Part shown: in pieces, positions 1-9,415 of the stretch
Position numbering within the stretch: the stretch's first letter is position 1
Layout of the letters: each line of letters starts with the position of its first letter
Assembly (NCBI GenBank): GCA_029245145.1
Contig: JAQWPY010000087.1
Location: 1-42,905 of the forward strand
Source of the DNA: Pirellulales bacterium
GTDB taxonomy: Bacteria; Planctomycetota; Planctomycetia; Pirellulales; UBA7805
DNA: 42,905 nt
Direction of reading: 5' to 3'
The notes under the pieces: model-generated
What the model was told of the DNA's origin: nothing
The model's input: the letters and a program-made list of their open reading frames with translations, nothing else
Databases searched by the model: none
Position numbers and translations under genes: made by a program

Positions 1-299
1 CCAGCCTCGTGCGCCGCGATGCCCACCGCCGCCAAGGAGCGATTGGCATACACATCACCGCTGAGCCTGAGTACTTTCTGCCGGGGATCGTAATGATCGG
101 ACAGTTGTCCGGGGATCTGTTCGATCGACACACTTTTTAAGCCGGCCGAATCAAGCACATGCCGCGCCGCGGCAGCACCGGTCAGGGGAGCCGGCTGTTT
201 CGATGCCTGGCGATAGGCCGAATGAATGCGGAACTGTGCCCACATGCCAAGGATCATGGCGGGCAGAATCATCAAAAAGTAAAGAGGATCGAATATCAT
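1..299 (-). CDS. Zinc metallopeptidase, YugP/Zn_peptidase_2-like (N-terminal part; gene runs off the window start)
   Basis: Absent from the ORF track because it leaves the window. My minus-strand translation from the ATG at 299-297 reads MIFDPLYFLMILPAMILGMWAQFRIHSAYRQASKQPAPLTGAAAARHVLDSAGLKSVSIEQIPGQLSDHYDPRQKVLRLSGDVYANRSLAAVGIAAHEAG. This gives an N-terminal TM helix, a DHYDP motif and the beginning of an HEAGH zinc site. Confidence 0.6.
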   Translation of the reverse strand, partial: MIFDPLYFLMILPAMILGMWAQFRIHSAYRQASKQPAPLTGAAAARHVLDSAGLKSVSIEQIPGQLSDHYDPRQKVLRLSGDVYANRSLAAVGIAAHEA

Positions 300-553
300 G
301 AAACCCTCGCGCTCCTGGGGGATACGGGCTCCGGAGAGCTCTGCTGCGGGAAAACACCTCAAAACGAGTGTCTCGTACCCCTTCATTTTTGCACATTCCC
401 CTCCGAGGGAAAGGCCAAAAATCCGAGAAGCCCTGATCTGGCGACCTTTTTAGCTGCTGGCATCCGCGACACCTCGATCGAATTTCAATCTGTTCCACCT
501 CAAGTGAGATTGGTATGCTTCGGCTCGCACGTTTAGTACCGGAGAGTCCCTCG

Positions 554-1642
554 ATGCGCTATCGACCGCTTGTCTTGCTCTTGTTGTTTGCCCTCATCGG
601 CTGCAGTACCAGTGCACCGGAAAAGCCGACTGCAACCGAAGATACGCTCTCTGACATCCCGGATGACCAACTACGGAAAATGGTCGACGATGCACTGCGT
701 TACACGTTCAACGAACGGGAACTGAGCCTGGATGTCAACGCCGCATGGCAAATCCTGCACGGTGCCCTACCCTTTGGAATGAATTTTCAGGTGCAAAACG
801 GTGACGCGTCGGTGCCCGCCATGCAGTGGGTGCTGGATGGGAACCAAATGAAAGGTTGGACCCTCCGCCATGGGGCCAAAGATCTTCCGGGAGGAAGACG
901 CGGGCTTAAAATGGTGATGGAACCCGGAACCAAAACGGGGCAGGGACACGAAGATCAGTGGCTAGCCGTGATGAGCCAGTGCGACTTATCGAAGGATCAA
1001 AAAATTGCTTTTCAGGGGCAGGATTACCAACTGTGGGATGTCGTACAACAATCGATGTGGGATGTCTTTCCCGGCAAGGAATGCAGTTGGTCTTTGATTG
1101 CGCTCACCCGCTACCTGGATAACTTTGATCAGAGTTGGCAATCATCGGACGGCGAAACCTGGACGCTCGAAAGAATGCTGCAAATGGAGGCAGATGAGCC
1201 TCTCGAGATGAGCGCCTGCGGAGGCACGCACCGGCTGATTGGCATGACCATGGCGCTCGATGCGTATCAAGAACGAGGTGGTACCGTCGAGGGTCCCTGG
1301 GAAGATGCCGAGAAAAAAATTGTGGGGGCGATCGAAACGGCCCAACAGTTCCAACAGCCCGACGGATCTTTTTCGACAAACTATTTTTCTCGGCCGGGCA
1401 CCTCGGCCGATCTCGCCTTACGCATCAATACCACCGGCCACACACTCGAATTTCTTGCTCTCTCCCTGCCGCCCGAACGACTCTCCGAACCCTGGGTCGA
1501 GCGTGCGGTGGTACAACTTTGCAAACTATTCCAGAAAACCAAGCCTATTCCGCTCGAGTGTGGTTCTCTCTATCACGCGGCCCACGGCTTGATGGAGTAT
1601 CGCGAACGACGATTCGGTCCCTGGACCTATCCGGAACAATGA
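554..1642 (+). CDS. Predicted lipoprotein, function unknown
   Basis: Track ORF 515..1642. The in-frame ATG at 554 is preceded by GGAGAG and gives MRYRPLVLLLLFALIGC-STS, a lipobox-type signal peptide. No family recognised by eye. Confidence 0.55.
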   Translation: MRYRPLVLLLLFALIGCSTSAPEKPTATEDTLSDIPDDQLRKMVDDALRYTFNERELSLDVNAAWQILHGALPFGMNFQVQNGDASVPAMQWVLDGNQMKGWTLRHGAKDLPGGRRGLKMVMEPGTKTGQGHEDQWLAVMSQCDLSKDQKIAFQGQDYQLWDVVQQSMWDVFPGKECSWSLIALTRYLDNFDQSWQSSDGETWTLERMLQMEADEPLEMSACGGTHRLIGMTMALDAYQERGGTVEGPWEDAEKKIVGAIETAQQFQQPDGSFSTNYFSRPGTSADLALRINTTGHTLEFLALSLPPERLSEPWVERAVVQLCKLFQKTKPIPLECGSLYHAAHGLMEYRERRFGPWTYPEQ

Positions 1643-2163
1643 CCATCTCCTGAGCGGGTTGCGCTCAGCATGTCGATATACGCTTCACTCAGAAGGTCCG
1701 CTTGCGTGATCTCGAGTCGTTCCATCCACTCGATTGCAGTCGCTTCACCCTCGCACGCTTTTTGCCCATCCCGGAGCACGACCTCCAATTCGATAAATTC
1801 ACCCAGTCCCTGCACGCGATCAAAGTGAATTCTGGTTTGCTCTGCAAGGAAGAGCGCGCGCTGCTTGATGACTTCGCCGACGACAGGCAGAATTTCCGAG
1901 AGGATCTCCCGCAGCGAATCGGCCGATGTCGTTTTGCTGATCGTATAGTCGGACGCCCGAGGCCCGGAAGCATCTTCGCGATGGTAGTAAATCAACTCAC
2001 CCGCCCCATCGGCAAACGCCCGTACTTTGAGCCGACCTCTCTCTACCGCAAAGAAGGTATCCCTCTGAGTGAATTTTCCTTCGCAACTCGCGGCCGCCTC
2101 GGCGAGCGCCTGTTGCCGAGAAAAATTTCTCGCCCGCGCTTTTATCTCAATGTTTCTTCCCAT
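1627..2163 (-). CDS. CYTH-domain protein / class IV adenylyl cyclase (CyaB-like)
   Basis: 178-aa ORF starting MGRNIEIKARA. The N-terminal ExK motif and overall size match CYTH/CyaB proteins. It lies 1 nt downstream of the SMR gene on the same strand. Its 3' end overlaps the convergent lipoprotein gene by 16 nt. Confidence 0.65.
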   Translation of the reverse strand: MGRNIEIKARARNFSRQQALAEAAASCEGKFTQRDTFFAVERGRLKVRAFADGAGELIYYHREDASGPRASDYTISKTTSADSLREILSEILPVVGEVIKQRALFLAEQTRIHFDRVQGLGEFIELEVVLRDGQKACEGEATAIEWMERLEITQADLLSEAYIDMLSATRSGDGHCSG

Positions 2164-2164
2164 T

Positions 2165-2494
2165 TTAGTGAATGGTTGCTTTGGAAAAGAGTTGCATTAC
2201 AACCACTCCCGCAACGATAAGTGCCAAGCCCACAATCGCTGCCCGATCGAGCGATTCGCCATTAAAGAAGAAACTGATGATGGCGATGAGCACTACGCCC
2301 AGACCACTCCAGATCGCATAGGCGACCCCGGTAGGAATGGTCCGCAGCGTCAAAGAAAGCAGGCCGAGGGAAATGGCATATCCCAGAAGGCTCAGCAATG
2401 TGGGACCGAGTTTGGTGAATCCATCGGATCGTTTCAACAGCGCGGTGGCCACCACCTCTGATACGATCGCTAAACCCAGGTATAGGTAGTGCAT
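2165..2494 (-). CDS. Small multidrug resistance (SMR) efflux transporter, EmrE/Qac-like
   Basis: Track ORF 2165..2530. The likely start is the ATG at 2494, with GAGGTG 4 nt upstream. The product is 109 aa with four TM helices, a membrane Glu in SEVVATALLK and the motif IPTGVAYAIWSGLG. Confidence 0.85.
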   Translation of the reverse strand: MHYLYLGLAIVSEVVATALLKRSDGFTKLGPTLLSLLGYAISLGLLSLTLRTIPTGVAYAIWSGLGVVLIAIISFFFNGESLDRAAIVGLALIVAGVVVMQLFSKATIH

Positions 2495-2548
2495 CGGCAC
2501 CTCAACCAAGAGCCCGAAGGCGGACATCAAACGGAAAACAAAAGTCGA

Positions 2549-3130
2549 TTATGATCCGAGGGTGTACGGCTTTTCCGAAGCGGTGTCGGCCCCGAACATC
2601 TCCCGCATCCGCTTCGCCTCGCCCGCGACCGTTTTGTCGGGACCTGCCAACTTCAAGTACAACACCTTGCCTGCTTTGGTGACTACGATGGCGGCCAAAA
2701 CACGACTTCCGGGTCGACTTTCTGTCTTGCGGAGAATGGGCGGGCCGACTGATTGATTGTAGGTGCCACTGATGTCGGCCAACCAATACCGGCCACCGTC
2801 GATCGTTCCTGCAAAAATTTCCGTCTGACGGCCCTGCGGATCGAACTGCCCGATCCAACGTTCGATGTTTTGATTCACGGTCCCGCCACCACGAAAATTA
2901 AAGACTGCTAGTTCCGCAGGCCGGGAATCTTCCGAAACCGGTGGGATACTGAACTGCAAAGCCCGCATTTTCGATTTTGGCGATTCCTTTTTCCAAGCGG
3001 TCGGCACGCGGAGAACCACATCATCGACCTTCTCTTCCCGAGTTTCTGCAGCCAAGTCCGGAGAAATCCCAAGACCAGGCATCAGCAAGACCACTGAGAT
3101 CAGCAGCGTTTTCCATCGTCTTTCGATCAT
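2549..3130 (-). CDS. Secreted hypothetical protein
   Basis: Track ORF 2549..3232. The internal ATG at 3130 has GAGGA 8 nt upstream and gives MIERRWKTLLISVVLLMPGLG, a signal-peptide-like N-terminus. ATG 3151 is an alternative start. No family recognised. Confidence 0.5.
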   Translation of the reverse strand: MIERRWKTLLISVVLLMPGLGISPDLAAETREEKVDDVVLRVPTAWKKESPKSKMRALQFSIPPVSEDSRPAELAVFNFRGGGTVNQNIERWIGQFDPQGRQTEIFAGTIDGGRYWLADISGTYNQSVGPPILRKTESRPGSRVLAAIVVTKAGKVLYLKLAGPDKTVAGEAKRMREMFGADTASEKPYTLGS

Positions 3131-3235
3131 CGCCTCATTCCTCAATTTCATTCCACGAGCCCGGCGCCCATGATAGCAAGCGGCCGACATGCTTCCAGGC
3201 GTCTCCGCGTACAAAAAAGTCCGGGCAAGCACAGG

Positions 3236-3583
3236 TTACTTCTTTTTCTTTTTTCCGCGTTTGGCGGCCTGAGCCTCTGCCTTCTCTTTTTTCTTGCGGA
3301 GCTTTTCCAGTTTTTTCGCGTCTTTTGCTTCTTTCTGTGCGCGTTTTTTTTCCTTTTTCTTATCCGCCTTCGTCATCGCACCGTCTTGCGCATCCCCAAG
3401 AGAAGCATCGACTCCGAGTGCATCTTCGCCGACCGAAGTCTTAGCATCTGTCTTTTTTTTCGATCTCCATTCAGCGACCAATCCGATCACCATCAACACA
3501 AAACAGATTCCGATAAAACCCAGAAAAAAGTAGGGCGCTGGAGACGTTGCGTCGCTCTGAGCCCATAAGAGAAGTGATGACAT
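3236..3583 (-). CDS. Small membrane-anchored Lys/Glu-rich protein (hypothetical)
   Basis: 115-aa ORF with one TM helix (YFFLGFIGICFVLMVIGLVAEW) followed by an extremely basic tail (KKKEKKRAQKEAKDAKKLEKLRKKKEKAEAQAAKRGKKKKK). The DNA is low-complexity polypurine, so all frames are open and the coding call is tentative. Confidence 0.4.
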   Translation of the reverse strand: MSSLLLWAQSDATSPAPYFFLGFIGICFVLMVIGLVAEWRSKKKTDAKTSVGEDALGVDASLGDAQDGAMTKADKKKEKKRAQKEAKDAKKLEKLRKKKEKAEAQAAKRGKKKKK

Positions 3584-3899
3584 GCCACGAACCGCTTGGT
3601 GTATAAAGTGAATATTCCGGGCCTCATTCTAGCAAATCACCGCGCATCAGGTAGCCTTGCGGCAAAGGATCATTCGATGCCCCACTACCGGCGAATTGGC
3701 ATACGCAGTCCCCTCTCTGTTGACTCTTTGACTGGCTAAGAAGTGGGCATCGCTCGAGGGTAGGACCTGTCAGGTGATCTCGATAGAATGGCAGCACCGT
3801 TCTACTCACTTTCTTGCAAGAATCTCAAAACGCAACTCCCGCATTGACTCGGACGGGGACCGCGTCGGCCGATGAATCCGGTCGCGACAGGAGCTTATC

Positions 3900-4460
3900 A
3901 TGACGATACGTGAACGATGGATTGTCTACCCACTGCTTTTGCTGGCGATCAGCATGAGCTTGAAGGAAAAATTAGAGCCTGAAAAAAATACGATGCAGCT
4001 GAAAAAACTTTCCGTCGATCAGCTTCAGGCTGGTCAAATTATTACCCCCGCCATCCAAGGTGGCACGGCAAACTTCCGCGAAGTTGCAGGCGCTCTCATT
4101 CAGGGACGAGGAGTACAGGTGGTCGATCCCCAAGGTAATCCCAAAGTGGTACTCCACATAACGCCGACTCTCGAGGGCGAACAACCCAATTTCAAAAAAT
4201 CCCAGGGGGCCATCACGATCGTGTCCGGCGAAGGGCAGGAAATGGTCACCATGGGAGGTGGCCGAGGAGGAGGATTTATTGCCGTTCGATCGAACGCGAA
4301 TCCTCAAGATTTTGTTGGTTTCGGTTATCAAGCAGGACGCACGGGAATGTTCTGGCTCGATAAGGATGGCAAACCACAAGGATTCCTCAAACCACAGCCG
4401 ACTGCCGCAGCCAACACCAGTCCATCGAGCGAGACGCAACAAGGGAAAGAGGGCGACTAG
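3900..4460 (+). CDS. Hypothetical membrane-anchored/secreted protein
   Basis: 186-aa ORF with an N-terminal hydrophobic segment (WIVYPLLLLAISMSL) and a Gly-rich middle region. No family recognised. Confidence 0.45.
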   Translation: MTIRERWIVYPLLLLAISMSLKEKLEPEKNTMQLKKLSVDQLQAGQIITPAIQGGTANFREVAGALIQGRGVQVVDPQGNPKVVLHITPTLEGEQPNFKKSQGAITIVSGEGQEMVTMGGGRGGGFIAVRSNANPQDFVGFGYQAGRTGMFWLDKDGKPQGFLKPQPTAAANTSPSSETQQGKEGD

Positions 4461-4477
4461 GCTTTTTATCTTGTAAG

Positions 4478-5692
4478 CTAGTAACCGCGAGGATGCACCC
4501 GACCCTGAACGCGGAGCGGAAGCCCCTGTAAACGCAAGAAGCCCTCCGCATCATCCTGATTGTACGACCCGCCTCCTTCCATGCTTGCAGCACTCTGATC
4601 GTACAAACTCAGCGAACTCTCGCGCTTCTCGACAATCATATTCCCCTTATAAAGTCGCAAGCCTACGTCACCTGTCACCGCCTCACCGGCCTGATCGATA
4701 AATTTCATCAGCGCATCCATTTTGGGACAGTACCAAAAGCCATAGTAGACGAGTTCGGCAACCTCGACTGCCAGTCGATCGCGCAGGTGCAACAAATCCC
4801 GATCAAGGGTTAATTGCTCCAGTTGTCGATGCGCCTCATAGAGAATGGTCATACCGGGCGCCTCGTAAACTCCGCGACTTTTCATTCCCACAAAACGATT
4901 TTCAATCATATCGATCCGGCCGATCCCGTTCCGACCACCGATGCGATTGAGCGTTTCCACCATCTCCAGGGCGGAACATGATTTGCCGTCGATCGCCATG
5001 GGACGCCCCGACTCAAAGGTAATGCTTACACTTTCCGCCTCATCGGGTGCCTCTGCAGGCGATACGGTCATTCCAAAATCGACCAGATCGACGCCACAAG
5101 ATGCCGCATCTTCCAGAGCGCCGGCCTCATAGCTGATGTGCAAACAGTTTTCATCGCTGCTATAGGGTTTTTCGATCGATGCCTTCACGGGAATATTTTT
5201 TTCCTCGCAATATTCGATCATCTCTTTGCGTCCCGGAAACTGTTGACGAAACGCTTCCATTCTCCAAGGCGCAATCATTTCGATATCGGGGCATAGTGCC
5301 TCAGCCGCAAGCTGAAAACGACACTGATCGTTACCCTTGCCGGTCGCCCCATGAGCAAACGCAGTCGCACCGACCTCGCGAGCCACCTGCAGACAGGCCT
5401 TGGAGATGAGCGGGCGGGCAATCGAGGTTCCCAATAAATAGACACCCTCATACCGTGCCTGCCACTTCAGCACAGGAAACGCAAAATCGCTGCATAACTC
5501 CTCGCGTACGTCTACCGACCGAGACGATGCAGCACCGAGTTTTTTTGCTTTATCCAGAATTGCAATCTGGTCTTCGCACGGTTGCCCGAGATCGACGTAA
5601 ACGCAGTGCACCTGGTAGCCCGCATCCATCAGCCATCCGAGGATCACACTCGTATCGAGCCCGCCCGAATATGCAAGTACGCAACTTTTCAT
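4478..5692 (-). CDS. argG: Argininosuccinate synthase
   Basis: 404 aa. It has the N-terminal AYSGGLDTS PP-loop motif and the full-length pattern typical of ArgG. Confidence 0.95.
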   Translation of the reverse strand: MKSCVLAYSGGLDTSVILGWLMDAGYQVHCVYVDLGQPCEDQIAILDKAKKLGAASSRSVDVREELCSDFAFPVLKWQARYEGVYLLGTSIARPLISKACLQVAREVGATAFAHGATGKGNDQCRFQLAAEALCPDIEMIAPWRMEAFRQQFPGRKEMIEYCEEKNIPVKASIEKPYSSDENCLHISYEAGALEDAASCGVDLVDFGMTVSPAEAPDEAESVSITFESGRPMAIDGKSCSALEMVETLNRIGGRNGIGRIDMIENRFVGMKSRGVYEAPGMTILYEAHRQLEQLTLDRDLLHLRDRLAVEVAELVYYGFWYCPKMDALMKFIDQAGEAVTGDVGLRLYKGNMIVEKRESSLSLYDQSAASMEGGGSYNQDDAEGFLRLQGLPLRVQGRVHPRGY

Positions 5693-5771
5693 GACTCTCG
5701 TTCCTACCTCACAGTAATTAATTTCAAATGGGCCGATTTATCGAATCCGATGGCGAAGCACAGAAAAGATT

Positions 5772-6863
5772 CTATAGATATTCGTTCCAGCCTTTTTCTT
5801 CGATCATTTTCACCAACTGACGTATCGATTCCTCGTCGTTTCGATTTGCAACCAGTGTGGCGTCGCGGGTCTGCACCAAGATCATATTCTCCACTCCCAA
5901 GGTAACCAGCAAGTGGCCGTCCTCGGAGCGGACAATAGAATTTGTTGTGCCGATTCCCAAATGCTTTCCCTCAATCGTATTGCCATTTCCATCAGAGCCC
6001 CGCAAGCGGCTGACTGCCGACCAATTCCCGACATCATCCCAATCGAACGGTGCTTCGATAACAACGATCTCCTCGGCATGCTCCATTACCGCATAGTCGA
6101 TCGACACTCCGCGGATTGCTGCAAATTCCTTGGAGAACATTTCAGCAAAATTATCGTTCCCCCAACTTTCGGCGATGGCCCTCAGGTGCCCCATCATCTC
6201 CGGTTCACGTCGCTGCAATTCGTCGAGAATCGTTGCCGCCTTCCAGACAAAAATACCCGAGTTCCAATAAAAATCGCCCGACTGCAAATACTGCTGGGCA
6301 ACATCTGCCTTCGGTTTTTCACGAAATTGCTTCACTCGATACGCAGATACATTTTCTCCTCGGTCCGCCTTCGTCGCGAGCGGTTCACCCCGTTCGATAT
6401 AACCGAAGGTTTCTGCCGGATAGGTCGGACGAATACCAAACGTGACGATACGCCGAGCATTCTCTTCCACAAGATCTGCCGCATTTTGGATCGCGTCGCA
6501 AAACTTATCGTCTTGCTCAATCACGTGATCGGCAGGCATGACAACCATAATCGCTTCAGCATCCTCTGCCACGCATAGCAGCGCCGCTAGGCCGATGCAG
6601 GGCGCGGTGTCGCGACGACACGGCTCGCCTATGATCGATTGGCCGGGGAGCGACGGAAGTTGCTCCCTCATCTTGTTGACCAACCGTTGACCGGTGACGA
6701 TGAGCGTCCGGTCCTGGGGTATCAGGCTCGCAATCCGATCGACCGTACTTTGAATCATTGACCGGTTGCCGGTCAACGTGAGGAGCTGCTTCGGAAAATC
6801 AGCTCGACTCTCCGGCCAGAAACGAGTTCCCGCCCCACCCGCCATGATGACGGCATGGATCAT
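5772..6863 (-). CDS. Mannose-1-phosphate guanylyltransferase (short form, no PMI domain)
   Basis: 363 aa. N-terminal MAGGAGTRFWPESR nucleotidyltransferase signature. Length and C-terminal left-handed helix-like region are as in GDP-mannose pyrophosphorylases. Confidence 0.8.
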   Translation of the reverse strand: MIHAVIMAGGAGTRFWPESRADFPKQLLTLTGNRSMIQSTVDRIASLIPQDRTLIVTGQRLVNKMREQLPSLPGQSIIGEPCRRDTAPCIGLAALLCVAEDAEAIMVVMPADHVIEQDDKFCDAIQNAADLVEENARRIVTFGIRPTYPAETFGYIERGEPLATKADRGENVSAYRVKQFREKPKADVAQQYLQSGDFYWNSGIFVWKAATILDELQRREPEMMGHLRAIAESWGNDNFAEMFSKEFAAIRGVSIDYAVMEHAEEIVVIEAPFDWDDVGNWSAVSRLRGSDGNGNTIEGKHLGIGTTNSIVRSEDGHLLVTLGVENMILVQTRDATLVANRNDEESIRQLVKMIEEKGWNEYL

Positions 6864-6904
6864 ATGATTATCCGCTCCTTCCCGTAAATGCTTTGAGCTC
6901 GTGA

Positions 6905-8305
6905 TTAGTGAAAGTAGGTATCTTTCGTGATTTCCGTCTCTCGCGGAATTTTACTTTTCAACATTTCCGGGGTCATGGCACACCGGGGATTAATCTCTAC
7001 CTGAATCGCATCGTCCACACGAACCCCGGCCTCGCGCAGCATACAACGATGGTAGTGCATGAGTTGTTGCTGTACGTGTTCTGCCGTATCTGTCGCTGAA
7101 CCAGGGCCATTTTTTAATGGGGCAAAGGCCCTCGCCGGGTCCACTTCTACCGTAATCGCTTCCGCTGCGTAAGGCAGTAAATCAAAGATAAACTGTTCAA
7201 ATTTTATCGCATTCGGTTGTTCCGGATCTCTCTGATGACCATCCACATCGACAAACGGAACCTTCTTACGCGCGACGTGTACAGGCAGGCTATTCTCTGA
7301 TTCCGCCATACGACAGAGAAAATCAACATCGAAAATATGCACGGCAATACTGCCCGCCCACAGCTTAAGTGAGCCATCGTCGTTGCGGAGATTTGCAGCC
7401 TCCTCGGGCAAGTCACTGTACTCGATGATCCGCGTCTTGCCTTCCAGTTCAACGACATTCCCGACCTTATCTTCCGGTTGCTGTTTTGCGACCACCTGGA
7501 GCGTGTACTCGCTTGACGCAAGAATATGGTGGCCGATCAAACCCGGATCGCAAACCGTCGCCAACGGATTGTCGACCTGAAAATAAAAGAGGTGCTTGAT
7601 TCCGCGTTGCTGCATATCCTCCAGAGCACCACTTCGCGCAAGCGCAGCGAGCATGCCGCCGTGACCATCAGGGCTTAAAAAAAGTTCTCCCTTGGTGGCC
7701 AGAAGCAACTCACCGGTCACCGCATCGACTGCCGGAAAAGTGCCCTGGCAAAAAAGCTTCACATCTTCCGATGGCATGCCAAAATACTGCGATTCCTCCA
7801 AATAGCGTCTCGTCTCTTCATCCGTCGCGGGACTCGTCATCAAGTACACCGGTATTTGCGCATCGAATATTTGACCGGTCGCCACGACTTTTCCCAGCAG
7901 GATGTCGAAGAGCGAGTCTCCTGAAATCGGCCCGATCGGATACATCCCCTTCGGATGATCGAACCCGAGCCGAGACCCCTGCCCTCCCGCAACCAAAGCG
8001 ACAGCTACCGTCCCTGCGGCCAGTGCTTCTGAGCCCACCCGCTCCGCCTCACTTTCCTGACGATCACCGTCACCGAGCCTGACTGCACTCGGTGGATTTG
8101 CATTGCACGGGTCAATCGACAAGCTTTTCCCCGAGGCACCAAGACGATACAGCTCGGTGATTCTTTCCAGATCGATACTTTCGATTTGAGATACCAACTT
8201 CGCTTGCTGCACCTCATCAAGTTCGTGCCAGAATGCCAGGAGGTGTTCTTGTTGATAGGTCCGCAGGTGCTGGAGCAACTTTTCATTCATTTTTGTTTTG
8301 CGCAA
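6905..8305 (-). CDS. UDPGP-family (UAP1/UGP-like) UDP-sugar pyrophosphorylase
   Basis: 466 aa. LVAGGQGSRLG pyrophosphorylase loop, PDGHGG and NVVE-type motifs, with size characteristic of the UTP-sugar-1-phosphate uridylyltransferase family. Confidence 0.8.
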   Translation of the reverse strand: MRKTKMNEKLLQHLRTYQQEHLLAFWHELDEVQQAKLVSQIESIDLERITELYRLGASGKSLSIDPCNANPPSAVRLGDGDRQESEAERVGSEALAAGTVAVALVAGGQGSRLGFDHPKGMYPIGPISGDSLFDILLGKVVATGQIFDAQIPVYLMTSPATDEETRRYLEESQYFGMPSEDVKLFCQGTFPAVDAVTGELLLATKGELFLSPDGHGGMLAALARSGALEDMQQRGIKHLFYFQVDNPLATVCDPGLIGHHILASSEYTLQVVAKQQPEDKVGNVVELEGKTRIIEYSDLPEEAANLRNDDGSLKLWAGSIAVHIFDVDFLCRMAESENSLPVHVARKKVPFVDVDGHQRDPEQPNAIKFEQFIFDLLPYAAEAITVEVDPARAFAPLKNGPGSATDTAEHVQQQLMHYHRCMLREAGVRVDDAIQVEINPRCAMTPEMLKSKIPRETEITKDTYFH

Positions 8306-8531
8306 TCCCTCGAAACTAGTATCCCCTGACGAAGAGGTAGGCGAGATAGCATAGCAACGGAAAAAAAACGAACATCGTCACATAGGTAAACAATGTCGTC
8401 CACTTGTGACGGGGCCAACGGGCCATGCAAGAAAATCCTCATGATGGGAAGCTGGGAATCGGTCGCGGAAAACGCCATTATTGCGATCCCACGGCGACCC
8501 GCAAAGCCCATCCCTACAAGGCGGAAAATCT

Positions 8532-9377
8532 TTAGTTGACTTCACTCGCCTCGTCGATCGCAGAAAATTCGATCCTCGCGTCGGTCGGCATCGATTCGGT
8601 TCGCGCGAGCCGTACCTCGAGTCGCGCGCCATAAGGCAGGATTTGCGTCGCCTTCACCGATGCGTCGGGGCCTTCGACCTGTTCAAAATGCAAAGTCGGG
8701 ATCACGGCAAAGGGTGGACAGAAGACAATATGAATGGGAGCGGTCCGTTGTCCTGCCTGAAAGGTTGTTCGCACCTGTCCCCAACAAATGTCCTCGCCAC
8801 CCGGTCCTCGCGTCCGCTCGATCCGGCGGAGAACCTCGGCGGGGAAATCCGAAACAAAATCAGCGGCACCCGTCTCTTTTTTCCCTTCGGTGAGAGGTGG
8901 CGGAGACTGTAACGGAACCGGTCGATCAGAAATCGCAGGCGTCGCTTCACGCTGAGGCCGCGCAATCCAAAACAGTTCCTCAGTGCCGAGGATCGCCACG
9001 ATTGCCAAGACTCCAAGAAGAGGACTCCCGGGAACACATATCGAAAAGGCAGAGATCAGCAAGCTGAGCGGAATGACCCCCTGGAGCAGATAGTACTTTA
9101 ATGAGTTTTTGCCCAGAAGCGACTGCGAACCGTAGTGTATCGCAGCTGCCAACGTGGCCAGCAGCAGGCTTACGGCAATCAGGACCGGCACCCCGGGAGC
9201 AGACTGTAAACCGCCCCACACGCGACGGAATGCGACGAGTACCGAGAACGCGAGCAACAGCATTCCGCTACTGGCAGCCAGGGCGATCTTCCAGTCTCGA
9301 GCCCAGAATTCCCCGAACTTCCAAGCGTTCTGCCGTTGCTTGCGGGTGGCCCCCGAAATCGTACCAGATGCATCCAT
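8532..9377 (-). CDS. Hypothetical multi-pass membrane protein
   Basis: 281-aa ORF with about four hydrophobic helices followed by a soluble C-terminal domain. No family recognised. Confidence 0.5.
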   Translation of the reverse strand: MDASGTISGATRKQRQNAWKFGEFWARDWKIALAASSGMLLLAFSVLVAFRRVWGGLQSAPGVPVLIAVSLLLATLAAAIHYGSQSLLGKNSLKYYLLQGVIPLSLLISAFSICVPGSPLLGVLAIVAILGTEELFWIARPQREATPAISDRPVPLQSPPPLTEGKKETGAADFVSDFPAEVLRRIERTRGPGGEDICWGQVRTTFQAGQRTAPIHIVFCPPFAVIPTLHFEQVEGPDASVKATQILPYGARLEVRLARTESMPTDARIEFSAIDEASEVN

Positions 9378-9415
9378 GCCCGGTTTCTCCTCTCACTTAG
9401 TCCCCCTGCGGGGAA

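Noticed and set aside
151-536. Track ORFs 151..498 (-) and 159..536 (+), 115 and 125 aa
   Set aside because: Both overlap the well-supported YugP-like peptidase N-terminus (1-299, minus strand, a different frame) and its upstream region. Their translations are Arg/Cys/Pro-rich, as expected for off-frame GC-rich sequence, and show no recognisable motifs.
2495-2548. Possible guanidine (mini-ykkC or guanidine-III) riboswitch upstream of the SMR gene
   Set aside because: The spacer is only 54 nt and holds a single CCUU-loop hairpin, with no paired ACGR-loop hairpins. The transporter also looks EmrE/Qac-like rather than Gdx/SugE-like.
5913-6578. 221-aa plus-strand ORF
   Set aside because: It lies entirely antisense to the mannose-1-phosphate guanylyltransferase gene. 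It looks like a shadow ORF with Arg/Cys-rich composition and no motifs.
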